From: an uncultured Dehalococcoidales bacterium
GTDB lineage: Bacteria; Chloroflexota; Dehalococcoidia; E44-bin15
DNA: 64,000 nucleotides
NCBI GenBank assembly: GCA_964649185.1
Contig: CAZYOO010000001.1
Location: 34,465-98,464, forward strand
Direction: 5' to 3'
The notes below the pieces were generated by a model. That model was not told where the DNA came from. It ran no database searches and worked only from the letters and a program-made list of their open reading frames with translations. The position numbers and the translations under genes are program-made. Shown in pieces: positions 9,984-19,814 of the stretch (its first letter is position 1; every line of letters starts with the position of its first letter).

Positions 9984-11513
9984 TTGCGCGCAATACTTAG
10001 TGTTTCGGACAAACAGGGGCTGGTCGAGTTCGCCAAAGGCCTCAATGAACTGGGCGTGGAGATCTTCAGCACCGGGGGCACCAAAAAGGTGCTGCAGGAT
10101 GCGGGGGTGCCGGTCAAAGGGGTGGGGGACATCACCGGCTTCCCCGAGATACTGGATGGGCGGGTCAAGACGCTGCACCCCATGGTCCACGGCGGCATCC
10201 TCGCCCGCAGGGATATCGAGGGCCATATGGCGCAACTGGCGGAGAAGGGCATAACCCCGATCGACATGATCGTGGTCAACCTGTATCCGTTTGTCCAGAC
10301 GGTTTCCAAGGATGGGGTCAGTCTGCAGGAGGCGCTGGAGAACATCGACATCGGGGGGCCGACCATGATCCGCGCCGCCGCCAAGAATTTCCCTCACGTG
10401 CTGGTGGTGGTCGACCCTTCAGACTATACCCCTATACTGGATAAACTGCGCGCCGGCGAGATCGGCATCGAGGAGCGGAAGAGGCTGGCGCAGAAGGCCT
10501 TCCAGCATGTCGCCATCTACGATACCGCTATCTCCGGCTACCTCAGGCCGGCGGATGTGCTTTTCCCTGATGAGATGACCGTCGCCCTGAAGAAGATACA
10601 GGACCTGAGCTACGGGGAGAACCCGCACCAGCAGGCCGCCTTCTACCGGGAGCAGGTCATCGGCAAGGGGGAGCCCGGCATCGCCAGCGCCGCTCAGCTT
10701 TCGGGCAAGCCGTTGTCGTACAACAATATCCTGGATATCGACGGTGCCCTGAGGGCGGCGTGTGATTTCACCGCCCCCACCATAGCCATTATCAAGCACA
10801 CCAATCCGTGCGGGCTGTCCTCGCACAATGACTTGGCCGAGGCATATCGCAGGGCGCTTGCCGGCGACCCGGTATCCGCCTTCGGCGGCATCGTTGCATC
10901 GAATACCAAGATCGATATGGCCACCGCCCAGGAGATCAACAAGACGCATTTCGACGGCATCATCGCACCGGATTACGATGAGGAAGCCCTCGCCCTGCTG
11001 AAGAAGAAGGCAGATATGCGCATCCTCAAGGTGGCGGGGGTGACCGGCAGGATGTCAGCCCTGGAGTACCGCCGGTCGAGCGGCGGGGGCATCGTCGTCA
11101 TGACCCCCGACTTCACCCCCGACGAGGTGCCGATGCGCACCATGAGCAAGCGAGAGCCTACCGCTGAGGAGATCAAGGACCTGCTGTTTGCCTGGCGCGC
11201 GGTGAAGCACGTAAAGTCCAACGCCATAGTGCTGGTGAAGGACAGCGAGCTCCTGGGCATGGGGGCCGGCCAGCCGAGCCGGGTGGATAGTGTGGCCATC
11301 TCCCTGAAGAAGGCCGGAGAGCGTGCCTCCGGCAGTGTCCTCGGCTCCGATGCCTTCTTCCCCTTCCCCGACGGGGTCGAACTGGCCGCCAGGGCGGGGG
11401 TCACCGCCATAATCGAGCCCGGCGGGTCCAAGCGTGACGAGGATGCCATAAAGGTGGCCGACGAGTATAATATGGCCATGGTGTTCACCGGGATGCGTCA
11501 CTTCAAGCATTAA
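9984..11513 (+). CDS. purH: Bifunctional AICAR transformylase/IMP cyclohydrolase
   Basis: 509 aa with an MGS-like N-terminus (ALISVSDK…GGTKK) and an AICARFT C-terminal domain. It has a TTG start with an AGGAGG RBS 7 nt upstream. Confidence 0.9.
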   Translation: MRAILSVSDKQGLVEFAKGLNELGVEIFSTGGTKKVLQDAGVPVKGVGDITGFPEILDGRVKTLHPMVHGGILARRDIEGHMAQLAEKGITPIDMIVVNLYPFVQTVSKDGVSLQEALENIDIGGPTMIRAAAKNFPHVLVVVDPSDYTPILDKLRAGEIGIEERKRLAQKAFQHVAIYDTAISGYLRPADVLFPDEMTVALKKIQDLSYGENPHQQAAFYREQVIGKGEPGIASAAQLSGKPLSYNNILDIDGALRAACDFTAPTIAIIKHTNPCGLSSHNDLAEAYRRALAGDPVSAFGGIVASNTKIDMATAQEINKTHFDGIIAPDYDEEALALLKKKADMRILKVAGVTGRMSALEYRRSSGGGIVVMTPDFTPDEVPMRTMSKREPTAEEIKDLLFAWRAVKHVKSNAIVLVKDSELLGMGAGQPSRVDSVAISLKKAGERASGSVLGSDAFFPFPDGVELAARAGVTAIIEPGGSKRDEDAIKVADEYNMAMVFTGMRHFKH

Positions 11514-11533
11514 TGCTTGAGAGGGAGGGTTAT

Positions 11534-12255
11534 ATGACCACTGTGGACGTGGTGATACCGGTCTACAACGAGGAGCACGTTTTAGCCCGGAGCGTGGCCA
11601 CGCTCCGGGATTTCCTTAAGAATAACCTCGATAAGCAGTGGAGGATCATCATCGCGGATAATGCCTCCACCGTAGGACATGGGAGGTGGCTCAGGGGCTG
11701 GACAAGGAGTATCCCGAGGTAACGGCGGTTCACATCGACCAGAAGGGGCGCGGGCGCGCCCTGCGCAAGGTCTGGCTGGAGAGCGATTCAGATATCGTGA
11801 GCTACATGGATGTTGACCTCTCCACCGGACTCGACGCGTTCCCCAGGATCATCCAGGCCATCGAGGAGGGCTACGGTGTGGCCACCGGCTCCCGCTTGCT
11901 CGGCCAATCGAAGGTTAAACGTTCTTTCAAGCGCGAGCTCACCTCCAGGGGCTACAACTTCATCATCAAGGCCCTGTTCTTCACCAAGTGGCACGATGCG
12001 CAGTGCGGGTTCAAGGCGGTGAGCCGCAAGGCAGTGGACGAGCTGGTGCCGCTGATACAGAATCAAGAGTGGTTCTTCGACACCGAACTGCTGCTCCTGG
12101 CCGGCATGAAGGGCTACAGGATAAAGGAGGTGCCGGTTACCTGGGTGGAGGATACTGATACCAGGGTCGACATCATAAAAACGGTCCGCGAGGACATGGG
12201 CGGGCTGATGCGGCTGCGGTTCCGTCCCCTGCCCAATACCAGGAAGCTCGAATGA
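11534..12255 (+). pseudogene. Family 2 glycosyltransferase (DPM1-like), interrupted by an apparent 1-nt deletion frameshift near 11675-11680
   Basis: ORF 11513..11722 (…VVIPVYNEEHVL…IIIADNAST) and ORF 11686..12255 (EVAQGLDKEYPEV…DVDLSTGLDAF…) are consecutive parts of one GT2 in different frames. Inserting one A in ggaCatgg restores STxGTWEVAQGL. Confidence 0.6.
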
Positions 12256-12272
12256 GCAATGGGGCATAAAAA

Positions 12273-12346
12273 TGGCTGGGGAACCAGGATTCGAACCTGG
12301 GCTTACAGATCCAGAGTCTGTCGTCCTACCGCTAGACGATTCCCCA
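12273..12346 (-). tRNA. tRNA-Gln (anticodon CUG)
   Basis: The reverse complement folds as a 74 nt cloverleaf (TGGGGAA-TC-GTC…; anticodon loop CTCTGGA; T-arm CCAGG-TTCGAAT-CCTGG; CCA encoded). It closely resembles E. coli tRNA-Gln. Confidence 0.9.
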
Positions 12347-12364
12347 GCGTGGCAGTAATAATAT

Positions 12365-12574
12365 TTATTTTCTAAGCTTCCTGTCCGCCTCCGCTTCCTC
12401 CGTCGGCTCGGCGGCTGGCAGGCCGGACAGGCCGCAACACCCCGGGCTGCCGCATATCATCAGCGGGCGCTCGATGAAGCTTTCACACCCCTGCACCTTA
12501 CTCTCCGCCGTCAACCTGCCGTGCAGGCTGCACTCCACAGGCGCATTGAAATACATGCACAGTTCGCAATACAT
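12365..12574 (-). CDS. Hypothetical small Cys-rich protein (69 aa); possibly spurious
   Basis: An ORF between gltX and tRNA-Gln with pattern C3-x2-C6-x8-C15-x2-H18 plus C30/C41/C46/C47. Its 3' end is AT-rich and overlaps the likely tRNA-Gln promoter. Confidence 0.25.
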   Translation of the reverse strand: MYCELCMYFNAPVECSLHGRLTAESKVQGCESFIERPLMICGSPGCCGLSGLPAAEPTEEAEADRKLRK

Positions 12575-12615
12575 CCGATCACCCGTATCAAGATTAAATC
12601 AGCGGAACGAGGTTG

Positions 12616-14097
12616 TCAATCCTGTAACTTATCCACCGCCGCCGTAATGCGATTGAGGCACCGTCCCCTGCCCAGCACCTCCATCGTCTGGAACAGCGGC
12701 GGCGCCGCGGTGCGGCCGGTGACCGCCACTCTCAGCAGGCCGAACAACTGCCCAGTCTTCAATCCCAGCTCCTCAGCCAGAAGGCGTAGTATGCTCTCCA
12801 TCTCATCGGCATCGAATGAGCAATCCTTCAGTCGTTCCTTGGATATATCGAGCGCTTCTGCTACCTTTGCCTTATCCAGCCCCTTCACCAGCAGCGACTC
12901 GCGGTCGTAGTCAAGTTCATCGGCGAAGAAGAATTCGGCCTGTTCCGGTGCGTCGCTCAGCAGCTTCACCCGCTCGTAGATCAGCGGCGCGATGCGGTTC
13001 AAGTATCCTCGATCGAGGGGGCGCTCGACTGTCTGGGGAAGACCCGCTTCCAGGAACGGCAGCGCCCGCGCGGTGAACTCCTCGATGCCTTTCTCTTCGA
13101 CGAGAAGGCGCATGTAAACGCCGTTCATCCAGTCCAGCTTCTCATGGCTGAAGACAGCCGCTGTCTTGGAGACGCCTTCGATGGTGAAGTGCTTGATCAG
13201 GCCTTCGCGGTCGATGATGTCGGTCTTGTCATCCAGCGCCCAGCCGAGGAGGGTGAGGAAGTTCAGCATCGCCTCGGGCAGGTATCCTTTGTCGCGGTAC
13301 TCGGTAAGCGATGTTGCGCCGTGCCGCTTGCTCAGCTTGGACTTGTCCGGCCCCAGTATCATCGGAAGGTGGGCGAAAATCGGCGGCTCCCAGCCAAACG
13401 CCCTGTACAGCAGGACGTGCCGCGGGGTGGATGAGAGCCACTCATCGGCACGCATGATGTGGGTGATACGCATGAAATGGTCATCGACGACATTGGCAAG
13501 GTGATAAGTGGGATAGCCATCCGACTTGAGCAGCACCAGGTCGTCTAGCTCGCTGTTGGCAAAGGTGATATCGCCGCGGATGAGGTCGTTAAATGTCGTC
13601 TTGCCCTCAAGAGGAGCCTTGAAGCGTATGGTCGGCGTTATGCCCTTCGCCTCCAGCTCCGCCTGCTGCTCCAGGCTGAGGTCACGGCAGTGTCGATCGT
13701 AGCTGCGCATCGACTCCTTGCGCGCTGCCATATCGGCACGCATGGCGGCAAGCCGCTCCGAGGAACAGTAGCATTTGTAGGCGTTTCCGCTATCCAGCAG
13801 CCGGCGGGCGTGCTCATGATAAAGATCGATTCGTTGCGACTGGAAATACGGGCCGAATTCGCCGCCCGCCTCCGGCCCTTCATCCCAGTCCAGCCCCAGC
13901 CAGCGCAGGCTATCCAGAATGGATTCCAGCGCCCCCTCCACCTTGCGCGACTGGTCGGTGTCCTCGATACGCAGGATGAAACTGCCGCCGCTGTGTCGGG
14001 CTAACAGCCAGTTGAACAGGGCGGTCCTGATGTTGCCGATATGGGGGTGCCCTGTCGGGCTGGGGGCGTAGCGCACCCGGATGTTCTCTTCACTCAT
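12616..14097 (-). CDS. gltX: Glutamate--tRNA ligase
   Basis: 493 aa with a HIGH motif (PSPTGHPHIGN) and a KLSKR motif. Confidence 0.9.
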   Translation of the reverse strand: MSEENIRVRYAPSPTGHPHIGNIRTALFNWLLARHSGGSFILRIEDTDQSRKVEGALESILDSLRWLGLDWDEGPEAGGEFGPYFQSQRIDLYHEHARRLLDSGNAYKCYCSSERLAAMRADMAARKESMRSYDRHCRDLSLEQQAELEAKGITPTIRFKAPLEGKTTFNDLIRGDITFANSELDDLVLLKSDGYPTYHLANVVDDHFMRITHIMRADEWLSSTPRHVLLYRAFGWEPPIFAHLPMILGPDKSKLSKRHGATSLTEYRDKGYLPEAMLNFLTLLGWALDDKTDIIDREGLIKHFTIEGVSKTAAVFSHEKLDWMNGVYMRLLVEEKGIEEFTARALPFLEAGLPQTVERPLDRGYLNRIAPLIYERVKLLSDAPEQAEFFFADELDYDRESLLVKGLDKAKVAEALDISKERLKDCSFDADEMESILRLLAEELGLKTGQLFGLLRVAVTGRTAAPPLFQTMEVLGRGRCLNRITAAVDKLQD

Positions 14098-14235
14098 AAC
14101 CGGTCATCGACTGACCCATATTCTAACACCAATGGTAAACGGCCGTCCATGTGACACGAGCGATCGATGCCGGCTTGACCCTTGACAAAGGCCATCGGAC
14201 AATGTAGTTTTAGCTAGGAATCGAAGAGTATCGAT

Positions 14236-15924
14236 ATGAGCGCAGCAGAGGCAGCGGCCCCCTCCGACTTCATACGTAATATTATCAATGAAGACCTCAA
14301 GACCGGCAAGTACGAAGGCCGTGTGCATACGCGGTTCCCGCCGGAGCCCAACGGGTATCTGCACATCGGGCATGCCAAGTCCATCTGCCTCAATTTCGGC
14401 ATCGCCGACCAGTACGGAGGCCTATGCAACCTGCGTTTCGATGACACCAATCCATCCAAGGAAGAGGACGAATACGTCAGATCAATCATCGAAGATGTGA
14501 AATGGCTCGGCTTCGACTGGGAGGACCGGCTGTACTACGGGTCGGACTACTTCGAGCAGATGTATGACTATGCCGTCCAGTTGATCGAGGCGGGCAAGGC
14601 CTACGTGGATGACCTGAGCGCGGAAGAGGTACGGCAGTACCGCGGCACACTGGTGGACCCCGGCAGGGAGAGCCCCCACCGCAATCGGTCGATCGAGGAG
14701 AACATGGACCTGTTCAAGCGCATGAGGGCCGGCGAGTTCAAGGACGGCTCGCGGGTGCTCCGCGCCAAGATCGACATGGCATCGCCCAATATGAACCTGC
14801 GAGACCCGGCCATGTACCGCATATCGCACGCCACGCACCACCGAACCGGCGACAAATGGTGCATCTACCCGATGTACGATTGGGCCCACGGCCTGGAGGA
14901 CTCCATCGAGGGCATCACCCACTCCATCTGCACGCTGGAGTTCGAGGACCACCGCCCGCTTTACGATTGGTTCCTAGAACAGCTGGGCGTTTATCATCCG
15001 CAGCAGATAGAGTTCGCCCGCCTCAACCTGAGCTACACCGTGATGAGCAAGCGCAAGCTCCTGCAGCTGGTGGAGGGGGGATACGTCAACGGCTGGGACG
15101 ATCCGCGGTTGCCGACCATCGCCGGCCTGCGCCGTCGCGGTTACACACCGCAGTCCATCCGCGATTTCTGCGAACGCGTCGGCGTGGCCAAGACCGACAG
15201 CGTTATCGATATAGCGCTGCTGGAGCACTGCATCAGGGAGGATCTGAATAAGCGTACCCCCCGGGTCATGGCCGTGCTGAACCCCCTGCGCTTGGTGATC
15301 GACAACTATCCCGAAGGACTGGTAGAGGACATGGATGCGGTGAACAACCCGGAGGACCCCGCTATGGGGACGCGCAAGGTGCCCTTCTCGCGAGTGCTGT
15401 ATATCGAGCGGGACGACTTCCGCGAGGACCCGCCGGCCAAGTTCTACCGCCTGGCCCCGGGACGTGAGGTGCGGCTGCGATATGCCTATCTGGTGACCTG
15501 CGTGGATGTGAAAAAGGACGAGCGCACCGGCGAGGTAACAGAGCTGCACTGCACGTACGACCCGGAGTCCCGCGGCGGGAACCCGCCGGACGGGCGCAGG
15601 GTTAAAGGCACCATCCACTGGGTGTCTGCTTCCCAAGCGATTGAGGCCGAGGTGCGCCTGTACGACCGGCTGTTCACCGCAGAGAACCCCATGGAGGCTG
15701 TCGGTGGCGAGGGGTTCCTTGGCGTGCTCAACCCGGATTCACTGCAGGTAGTCAACGGTTATGTCGAGCCCAGCCTCGCCGGCACGGCTCCGGGCAGCCG
15801 CTACCAGTTCGAGAGGCTGGGCTACTTCTGCGTCGACTCGAAGGATTTCTCTCCCGATCACCTCGTGTTCAACCGCACCATACCGCTGCGCGATTCGTGG
15901 GCCAAGATCGAGAAGCAGCTTTAG
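14236..15924 (+). CDS. glnS: Glutamine--tRNA ligase
   Basis: 562 aa. [11 protein letters not shown]…[25 protein letters not shown]…[10 protein letters not shown] matches GlnRS rather than GluRS. A VMSKR motif is present. Confidence 0.85.
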   Translation: MSAAEAAAPSDFIRNIINEDLKTGKYEGRVHTRFPPEPNGYLHIGHAKSICLNFGIADQYGGLCNLRFDDTNPSKEEDEYVRSIIEDVKWLGFDWEDRLYYGSDYFEQMYDYAVQLIEAGKAYVDDLSAEEVRQYRGTLVDPGRESPHRNRSIEENMDLFKRMRAGEFKDGSRVLRAKIDMASPNMNLRDPAMYRISHATHHRTGDKWCIYPMYDWAHGLEDSIEGITHSICTLEFEDHRPLYDWFLEQLGVYHPQQIEFARLNLSYTVMSKRKLLQLVEGGYVNGWDDPRLPTIAGLRRRGYTPQSIRDFCERVGVAKTDSVIDIALLEHCIREDLNKRTPRVMAVLNPLRLVIDNYPEGLVEDMDAVNNPEDPAMGTRKVPFSRVLYIERDDFREDPPAKFYRLAPGREVRLRYAYLVTCVDVKKDERTGEVTELHCTYDPESRGGNPPDGRRVKGTIHWVSASQAIEAEVRLYDRLFTAENPMEAVGGEGFLGVLNPDSLQVVNGYVEPSLAGTAPGSRYQFERLGYFCVDSKDFSPDHLVFNRTIPLRDSWAKIEKQL

Positions 15925-15939
15925 GAAAAACAACTCCTG

Positions 15940-16215
15940 CTAATAATATATAACTGAGCTACTCGACCAGAAGGCCCAACCGATTAGCAGGAATACAATA
16001 ATCCACAGAACGATGGCTACGATGCCGAGTACTAATCCAGCTATAGCCATCCCGCGACCTTTGAGGTATGCATCGCGGCCGGTCTGCGATATTCCCACCC
16101 CGCCAAAGATTATGGCTAAAATTGATAGAAGAAGTCCTAGATAAGGGATCACCAGACCGCAGATGCCGCACACCAGTGCAGTCACCGCCATGCCGCTGGT
16201 TCTTTGCTGTACCAT
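15940..16215 (-). CDS. DUF4190-like small membrane protein
   Basis: Two TM helices (GICGLVIPYLGLLLSILAIIFGG…). The ATG at 16213-16215 is chosen because an AAGGAGGG RBS lies 6 nt upstream. Confidence 0.6.
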   Translation of the reverse strand: MVQQRTSGMAVTALVCGICGLVIPYLGLLLSILAIIFGGVGISQTGRDAYLKGRGMAIAGLVLGIVAIVLWIIVFLLIGWAFWSSSSVIYY

Positions 16216-16307
16216 GTTCGCCCTCCTTTGTCGCTCTGTTTGACAAAACAGCATTTGCTGCTGTGGTGCAAATTATATCACAGTCGTCAATCCCAGATGT
16301 AGTACCG

Positions 16308-17216
16308 CTACAACAGCGAGATGCGCTCTAATGCCTCATCGAGTTCTTTAGGCAGGTCAGAGTGAAACTCCACCCATTCGCCGCTCGAGGGCAGCTTGAA
16401 ACCGAGGTGGCAGGCGTGCAGGAACTGGCGGCTCAGTATTGGCGAAGCAGGGGATTTCCGGCCGTATACATCATCTCCCACCACCGGATAGCCTATGGCG
16501 GAGAGGTGTACCCTTATCTGATGGGTACGCCCGGTCTGTAGTGTCAACTGCAGGAGGGTATAGCCACCGATATACTTGAGCACACGATAAGCGGTACGTG
16601 CTTCACGGCCGTCTTCCACTATCGACATCCGCTTCCGGCTGCGCGGCTCACGGCCGATGGGTGCCTCGATGATACCCTCCTCCGGTGACAGGTGCCCCTC
16701 GACCAGTGCGAAGTATCGCTTGAGCACTGTCCGCGACCTGAACTGATCTATAAGATATTGTCGCGCCTCCTCGTGCTTGGCCACTACCATCAGCCCGGAG
16801 GTGTTCTTGTCCAGCCGGTGCACGATTCCGGGGCGCACCGACCCATCGGAGGCGAAATCGGGACAACGAGCCAGGACAGCGTTCACCAGGGTGTGACGTG
16901 TATGACCTGGCGCCGGGTGTACCGTCATACCGGCGGGCTTGTCCACCACCAGCAGGTCGCTGTCCTCGTAGACGATGTTCAGGGGAACATCCTCCGCTTC
17001 AGGCTGGAGCACTTCGGGAACAGGGATGATGGCTTCCACCCTGTCGCCTTCCTTAAGCTTGAGGCTGTCTCTTGCGGAGCGACCGTTTACCGTTATGTAA
17101 CCTTCCTTTATAAGCCTCTGGATGCGGGAGCGGGACATCCAGGGGTAACACTCGACCATATAGATGTCGAGGCGGGCCCCCGAACCGGAAACGGCGAACT
17201 CAAGCTTCTGGCTCAT
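16308..17216 (-). CDS. rluD: RluA/RluD-family pseudouridine synthase
   Basis: 302 aa with an S4 domain and a pseudouridine synthase core (HRLDKNTSGLMVVAK). Confidence 0.8.
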   Translation of the reverse strand: MSQKLEFAVSGSGARLDIYMVECYPWMSRSRIQRLIKEGYITVNGRSARDSLKLKEGDRVEAIIPVPEVLQPEAEDVPLNIVYEDSDLLVVDKPAGMTVHPAPGHTRHTLVNAVLARCPDFASDGSVRPGIVHRLDKNTSGLMVVAKHEEARQYLIDQFRSRTVLKRYFALVEGHLSPEEGIIEAPIGREPRSRKRMSIVEDGREARTAYRVLKYIGGYTLLQLTLQTGRTHQIRVHLSAIGYPVVGDDVYGRKSPASPILSRQFLHACHLGFKLPSSGEWVEFHSDLPKELDEALERISLL

Positions 17217-17724
17217 CCTCTTTGTCTTCCGTCTTCTGTGCCTCGATTTTCCTGGCTCTAAAGATGAAATGATACAGGATAAGAATGACCCCGATAACTA
17301 TGGCGGAATCTCCCAGGTTGAACACCGGCCATCCGCCGATGTCGATGAAGTCGGTCACCCAGCCGAAACGGATACGGTCGATAAGGTTGCCGACGGCACC
17401 CCCCAGTATCAGACCCAGGGATATCCTGACCAGCAAGCCGTTGAAGGCCGGATAGCGTGAGTATATCAGGATGGCGATTATGCCGACAGCCGCTATTATG
17501 GTTATCAGGAAGGCCTGGTCGGCGAATAGCCCGAAGACCCCGCCGGTGTTTACGCTGTACGTGATCTGGAAAAAGCCTTCTTCGGGCATCTTCTGCCCCA
17601 GCGTGAGGCCTGTCCTTATGAAGTGCTTGCTGACCTGGTCGATGATGACCACCAGCAGGGCGGCGATGAAAAAAGCAATCTCGCTGGAATACCTCCTGAG
17701 TAATGTGAGCAATCTCGATTTCAT
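17200..17724 (-). CDS. lspA: Lipoprotein signal peptidase II
   Basis: MKSRLLTLL… with 4 TM helices and the conserved GNLIDR and FN.GD motifs. It overlaps rluD by 17 nt. Confidence 0.85.
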   Translation of the reverse strand: MKSRLLTLLRRYSSEIAFFIAALLVVIIDQVSKHFIRTGLTLGQKMPEEGFFQITYSVNTGGVFGLFADQAFLITIIAAVGIIAILIYSRYPAFNGLLVRISLGLILGGAVGNLIDRIRFGWVTDFIDIGGWPVFNLGDSAIVIGVILILYHFIFRARKIEAQKTEDKEDEPEA

Positions 17725-17853
17725 CCTAACCGTTAACGCTTTGCATACAGCATGCTGCATGGGTTGTCACGCCGGCCGACGATGGTCATGGCGCTAGTCT
17801 ATCATACACACATGTATTGAGCCAAGCGCCTGTCTGGAGGTACAATCTGAACC

Positions 17854-18276
17854 GTGGACCGAGGCACTTATGCACTTCTTATAAAGGTCAGGAACGAAGC
17901 GACATTAACCGTGGGCAAGCTGGGCGAATTCCAGCTCCCTCTCGGTTACTATCTGTATTGCGGCAGCGCGCTCGGCGGCCTAGAAGCGAGGATAAAGCGG
18001 CACCTGAGGCCCGACAAGCGGCTTCACTGGCATATCGACTACCTGCTGCAGTACGCTGAGATAGTGGATGTCTGGTACCTGCGCAACGATCGACGGCTCG
18101 AATGCGTCCTGTGCCGGGAGGCACGTGAACTCTTTGGTGCTAGCGATATCGCCGCCGGCTTCGGCTCCTCGGATTGCCGCTGTACTTCTCACTTGCTCCA
18201 CTGCAAATCGAAACCCTCCTTCGCCGCCTTCAGGAGGAAGCTGCTCAAAAGAGGGTTAATGCTCGTCAGGTGGTAG
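17854..18276 (+). CDS. DUF123/COG1833 GIY-YIG (Uri) superfamily nuclease-like protein
   Basis: 140 aa, GTYALLIKV…GYYLYCGSA…RIKRHL…HWHIDYL. It has a GTG start and a GGAGG RBS. Confidence 0.6.
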   Translation: MDRGTYALLIKVRNEATLTVGKLGEFQLPLGYYLYCGSALGGLEARIKRHLRPDKRLHWHIDYLLQYAEIVDVWYLRNDRRLECVLCREARELFGASDIAAGFGSSDCRCTSHLLHCKSKPSFAAFRRKLLKRGLMLVRW

Positions 18277-18278
18277 TG

Positions 18279-19814
18279 TTACTTAACCTTCGTTTTGCCC
18301 TTGATGTCCTCAATATTCCGGGAGGTACGCTGCACCTCCGCTTTGGCATCCAGCTCTTCGAACACTTTGAGCGCTTCGTTGAGGTTATCCAGCGCTTCAT
18401 CCTTCTCGCCCTTGGCGGCTCGTACCAACCCTATATTGCCCAGAGCGTTGGCCTCGCCCCACTTCCGCCCCAGCTTCCTCTCGATCTCCAGGGATTGCGT
18501 ATAGAGTTCCAGCGATTTGTCCAGATCGCGTCTCAGCAGGTAGATGTTGCCGATGCTGCTCAGGTCTTCGGCCTCACCGGCAAGATGACCGATGTCCTTG
18601 TTTATGGTCAGCGACTGTTTGAAATAACCGAGGGCATTGTCCAGATCGCCCCTTAAGCTGTACATGATGCCGACATTACCCAGGGCGGTAGCCAGAGCGG
18701 CGGCAGCCTCCTCCAGCCGGCGGCTGGTCTCCCTGCCGATCTCGAAGACCTGCTCGTAGAGCTCGAGGGCCTTATCGACCTCACCCTTTCTCCAATAGAG
18801 AACGCCGACGTCTCCGGGGCCTATGCCCGCCCCAATGCGACTGGCTACATCCGGCCGTATCTGGAGCGCGGAATCGGTGCCGCTCAGCACCTCCTCCACC
18901 GCCCTGTCGATAGCCCCCCTGCCATCGCCACGTTCCTCGGGCGCTTCAGCCTTCACTTCCTCAACGACAGGCTCGGGCTCCTCTTCCTTCTCCTCGGCCA
19001 CAGGTTCCTGTTCCGGCTCCGGTTCCGGCTCGGGCTCCTCTTCCTTCTCCTCGGCCACAGGCTCCGACTCGGGCTCCTCTTCCTTCTCCTCAGCCACAGG
19101 CTCGGGCTCGGGCTCCTCTTCCTTTTCCTCAGCCACAGGCTCCGGCTCGGGCTCCTCTTCCTTCTCCTCAGCCACGGGCTCGGGCTCGGGCTCGGGCTCC
19201 TCTTCCTTCTTCGCCCTTGCCGCTTTAAGCTCTGCATCAACCTGTTTCAAGTATCCGGCAACGAGCTTCTCGCTGCCTTTATCTTCAATATCCTTATATA
19301 TCTCGACAGCCTGCTCCATATTATCCAGCGCTGCCTTCAGTTCCTCGTTCTGCCAGTATGCAATGCCCGTGTTGGTGAGTATAGTGGCTGCACCAGCCCT
19401 GTTGCCTATAGCTCTCTCCAGGTTAAGGGCGCTATCGTATAGCTCCAATGCCTGATCGATCTCGCCATTGACGTGGTTTACAAGGCCTAGGTTAGCGGTA
19501 ACGGCTGCGGCCCCCTCTGTATCCCTGGCCTGCTTCGCCGATGATTCAGCCCCGCGGTAGCGGGATGCAGCCTGGTCCATCTCGCCAAGCGCGAAATGGC
19601 AGTTGCCTATCAGCACGAACAGGGCAGCCCTTTCGTTGATGGTCGGATCCAGATCTAGGGTCTTGCGCAGGATATCGATGGCCTCACCCTCTTTGCCCTG
19701 TTCTAAGAGGGTGCTGGCCTTCTTGTAGTTATCCTTCTTCTTTTTATCCGCTGAATTTTCCAGCCCTCCGCTGAAGTGAATGGTTTTGCCCTGCGGAAAT
19801 TCTTTATCAGCCAT
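18279..19814 (-). CDS. Tetratricopeptide-repeat protein with an acidic EEKEEEPEPEPVA tandem-repeat linker
   Basis: TPR motifs occur at both ends, with a central (EEKEEEPEPEPVA)n repeat. The start is chosen at MADKEF (ATG 19812-19814), which has an AAGGGGTGA RBS. Confidence 0.7.
   Translation of the reverse strand: MADKEFPQGKTIHFSGGLENSADKKKKDNYKKASTLLEQGKEGEAIDILRKTLDLDPTINERAALFVLIGNCHFALGEMDQAASRYRGAESSAKQARDTEGAAAVTANLGLVNHVNGEIDQALELYDSALNLERAIGNRAGAATILTNTGIAYWQNEELKAALDNMEQAVEIYKDIEDKGSEKLVAGYLKQVDAELKAARAKKEEEPEPEPEPVAEEKEEEPEPEPVAEEKEEEPEPEPVAEEKEEEPESEPVAEEKEEEPEPEPEPEQEPVAEEKEEEPEPVVEEVKAEAPEERGDGRGAIDRAVEEVLSGTDSALQIRPDVASRIGAGIGPGDVGVLYWRKGEVDKALELYEQVFEIGRETSRRLEEAAAALATALGNVGIMYSLRGDLDNALGYFKQSLTINKDIGHLAGEAEDLSSIGNIYLLRRDLDKSLELYTQSLEIERKLGRKWGEANALGNIGLVRAAKGEKDEALDNLNEALKVFEELDAKAEVQRTSRNIEDIKGKTKVK
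18975..19215. repeat. Five or six tandem copies of a 39-bp (imperfect, 39-45 bp) in-frame coding repeat inside the TPR gene
   Basis: ggctcctcttccttctcctc[a/g]gccaca[g]gctc[c/g]g[a/g]ctcg is repeated head-to-tail. It encodes the Glu/Pro repeats. Confidence 0.8.

Noticed and set aside
18971-19215. Possible CRISPR array
   Set aside because: The regular 39-bp repeats are in-frame coding repeats (Glu/Pro linker) with no unique spacers between them; this is not CRISPR.
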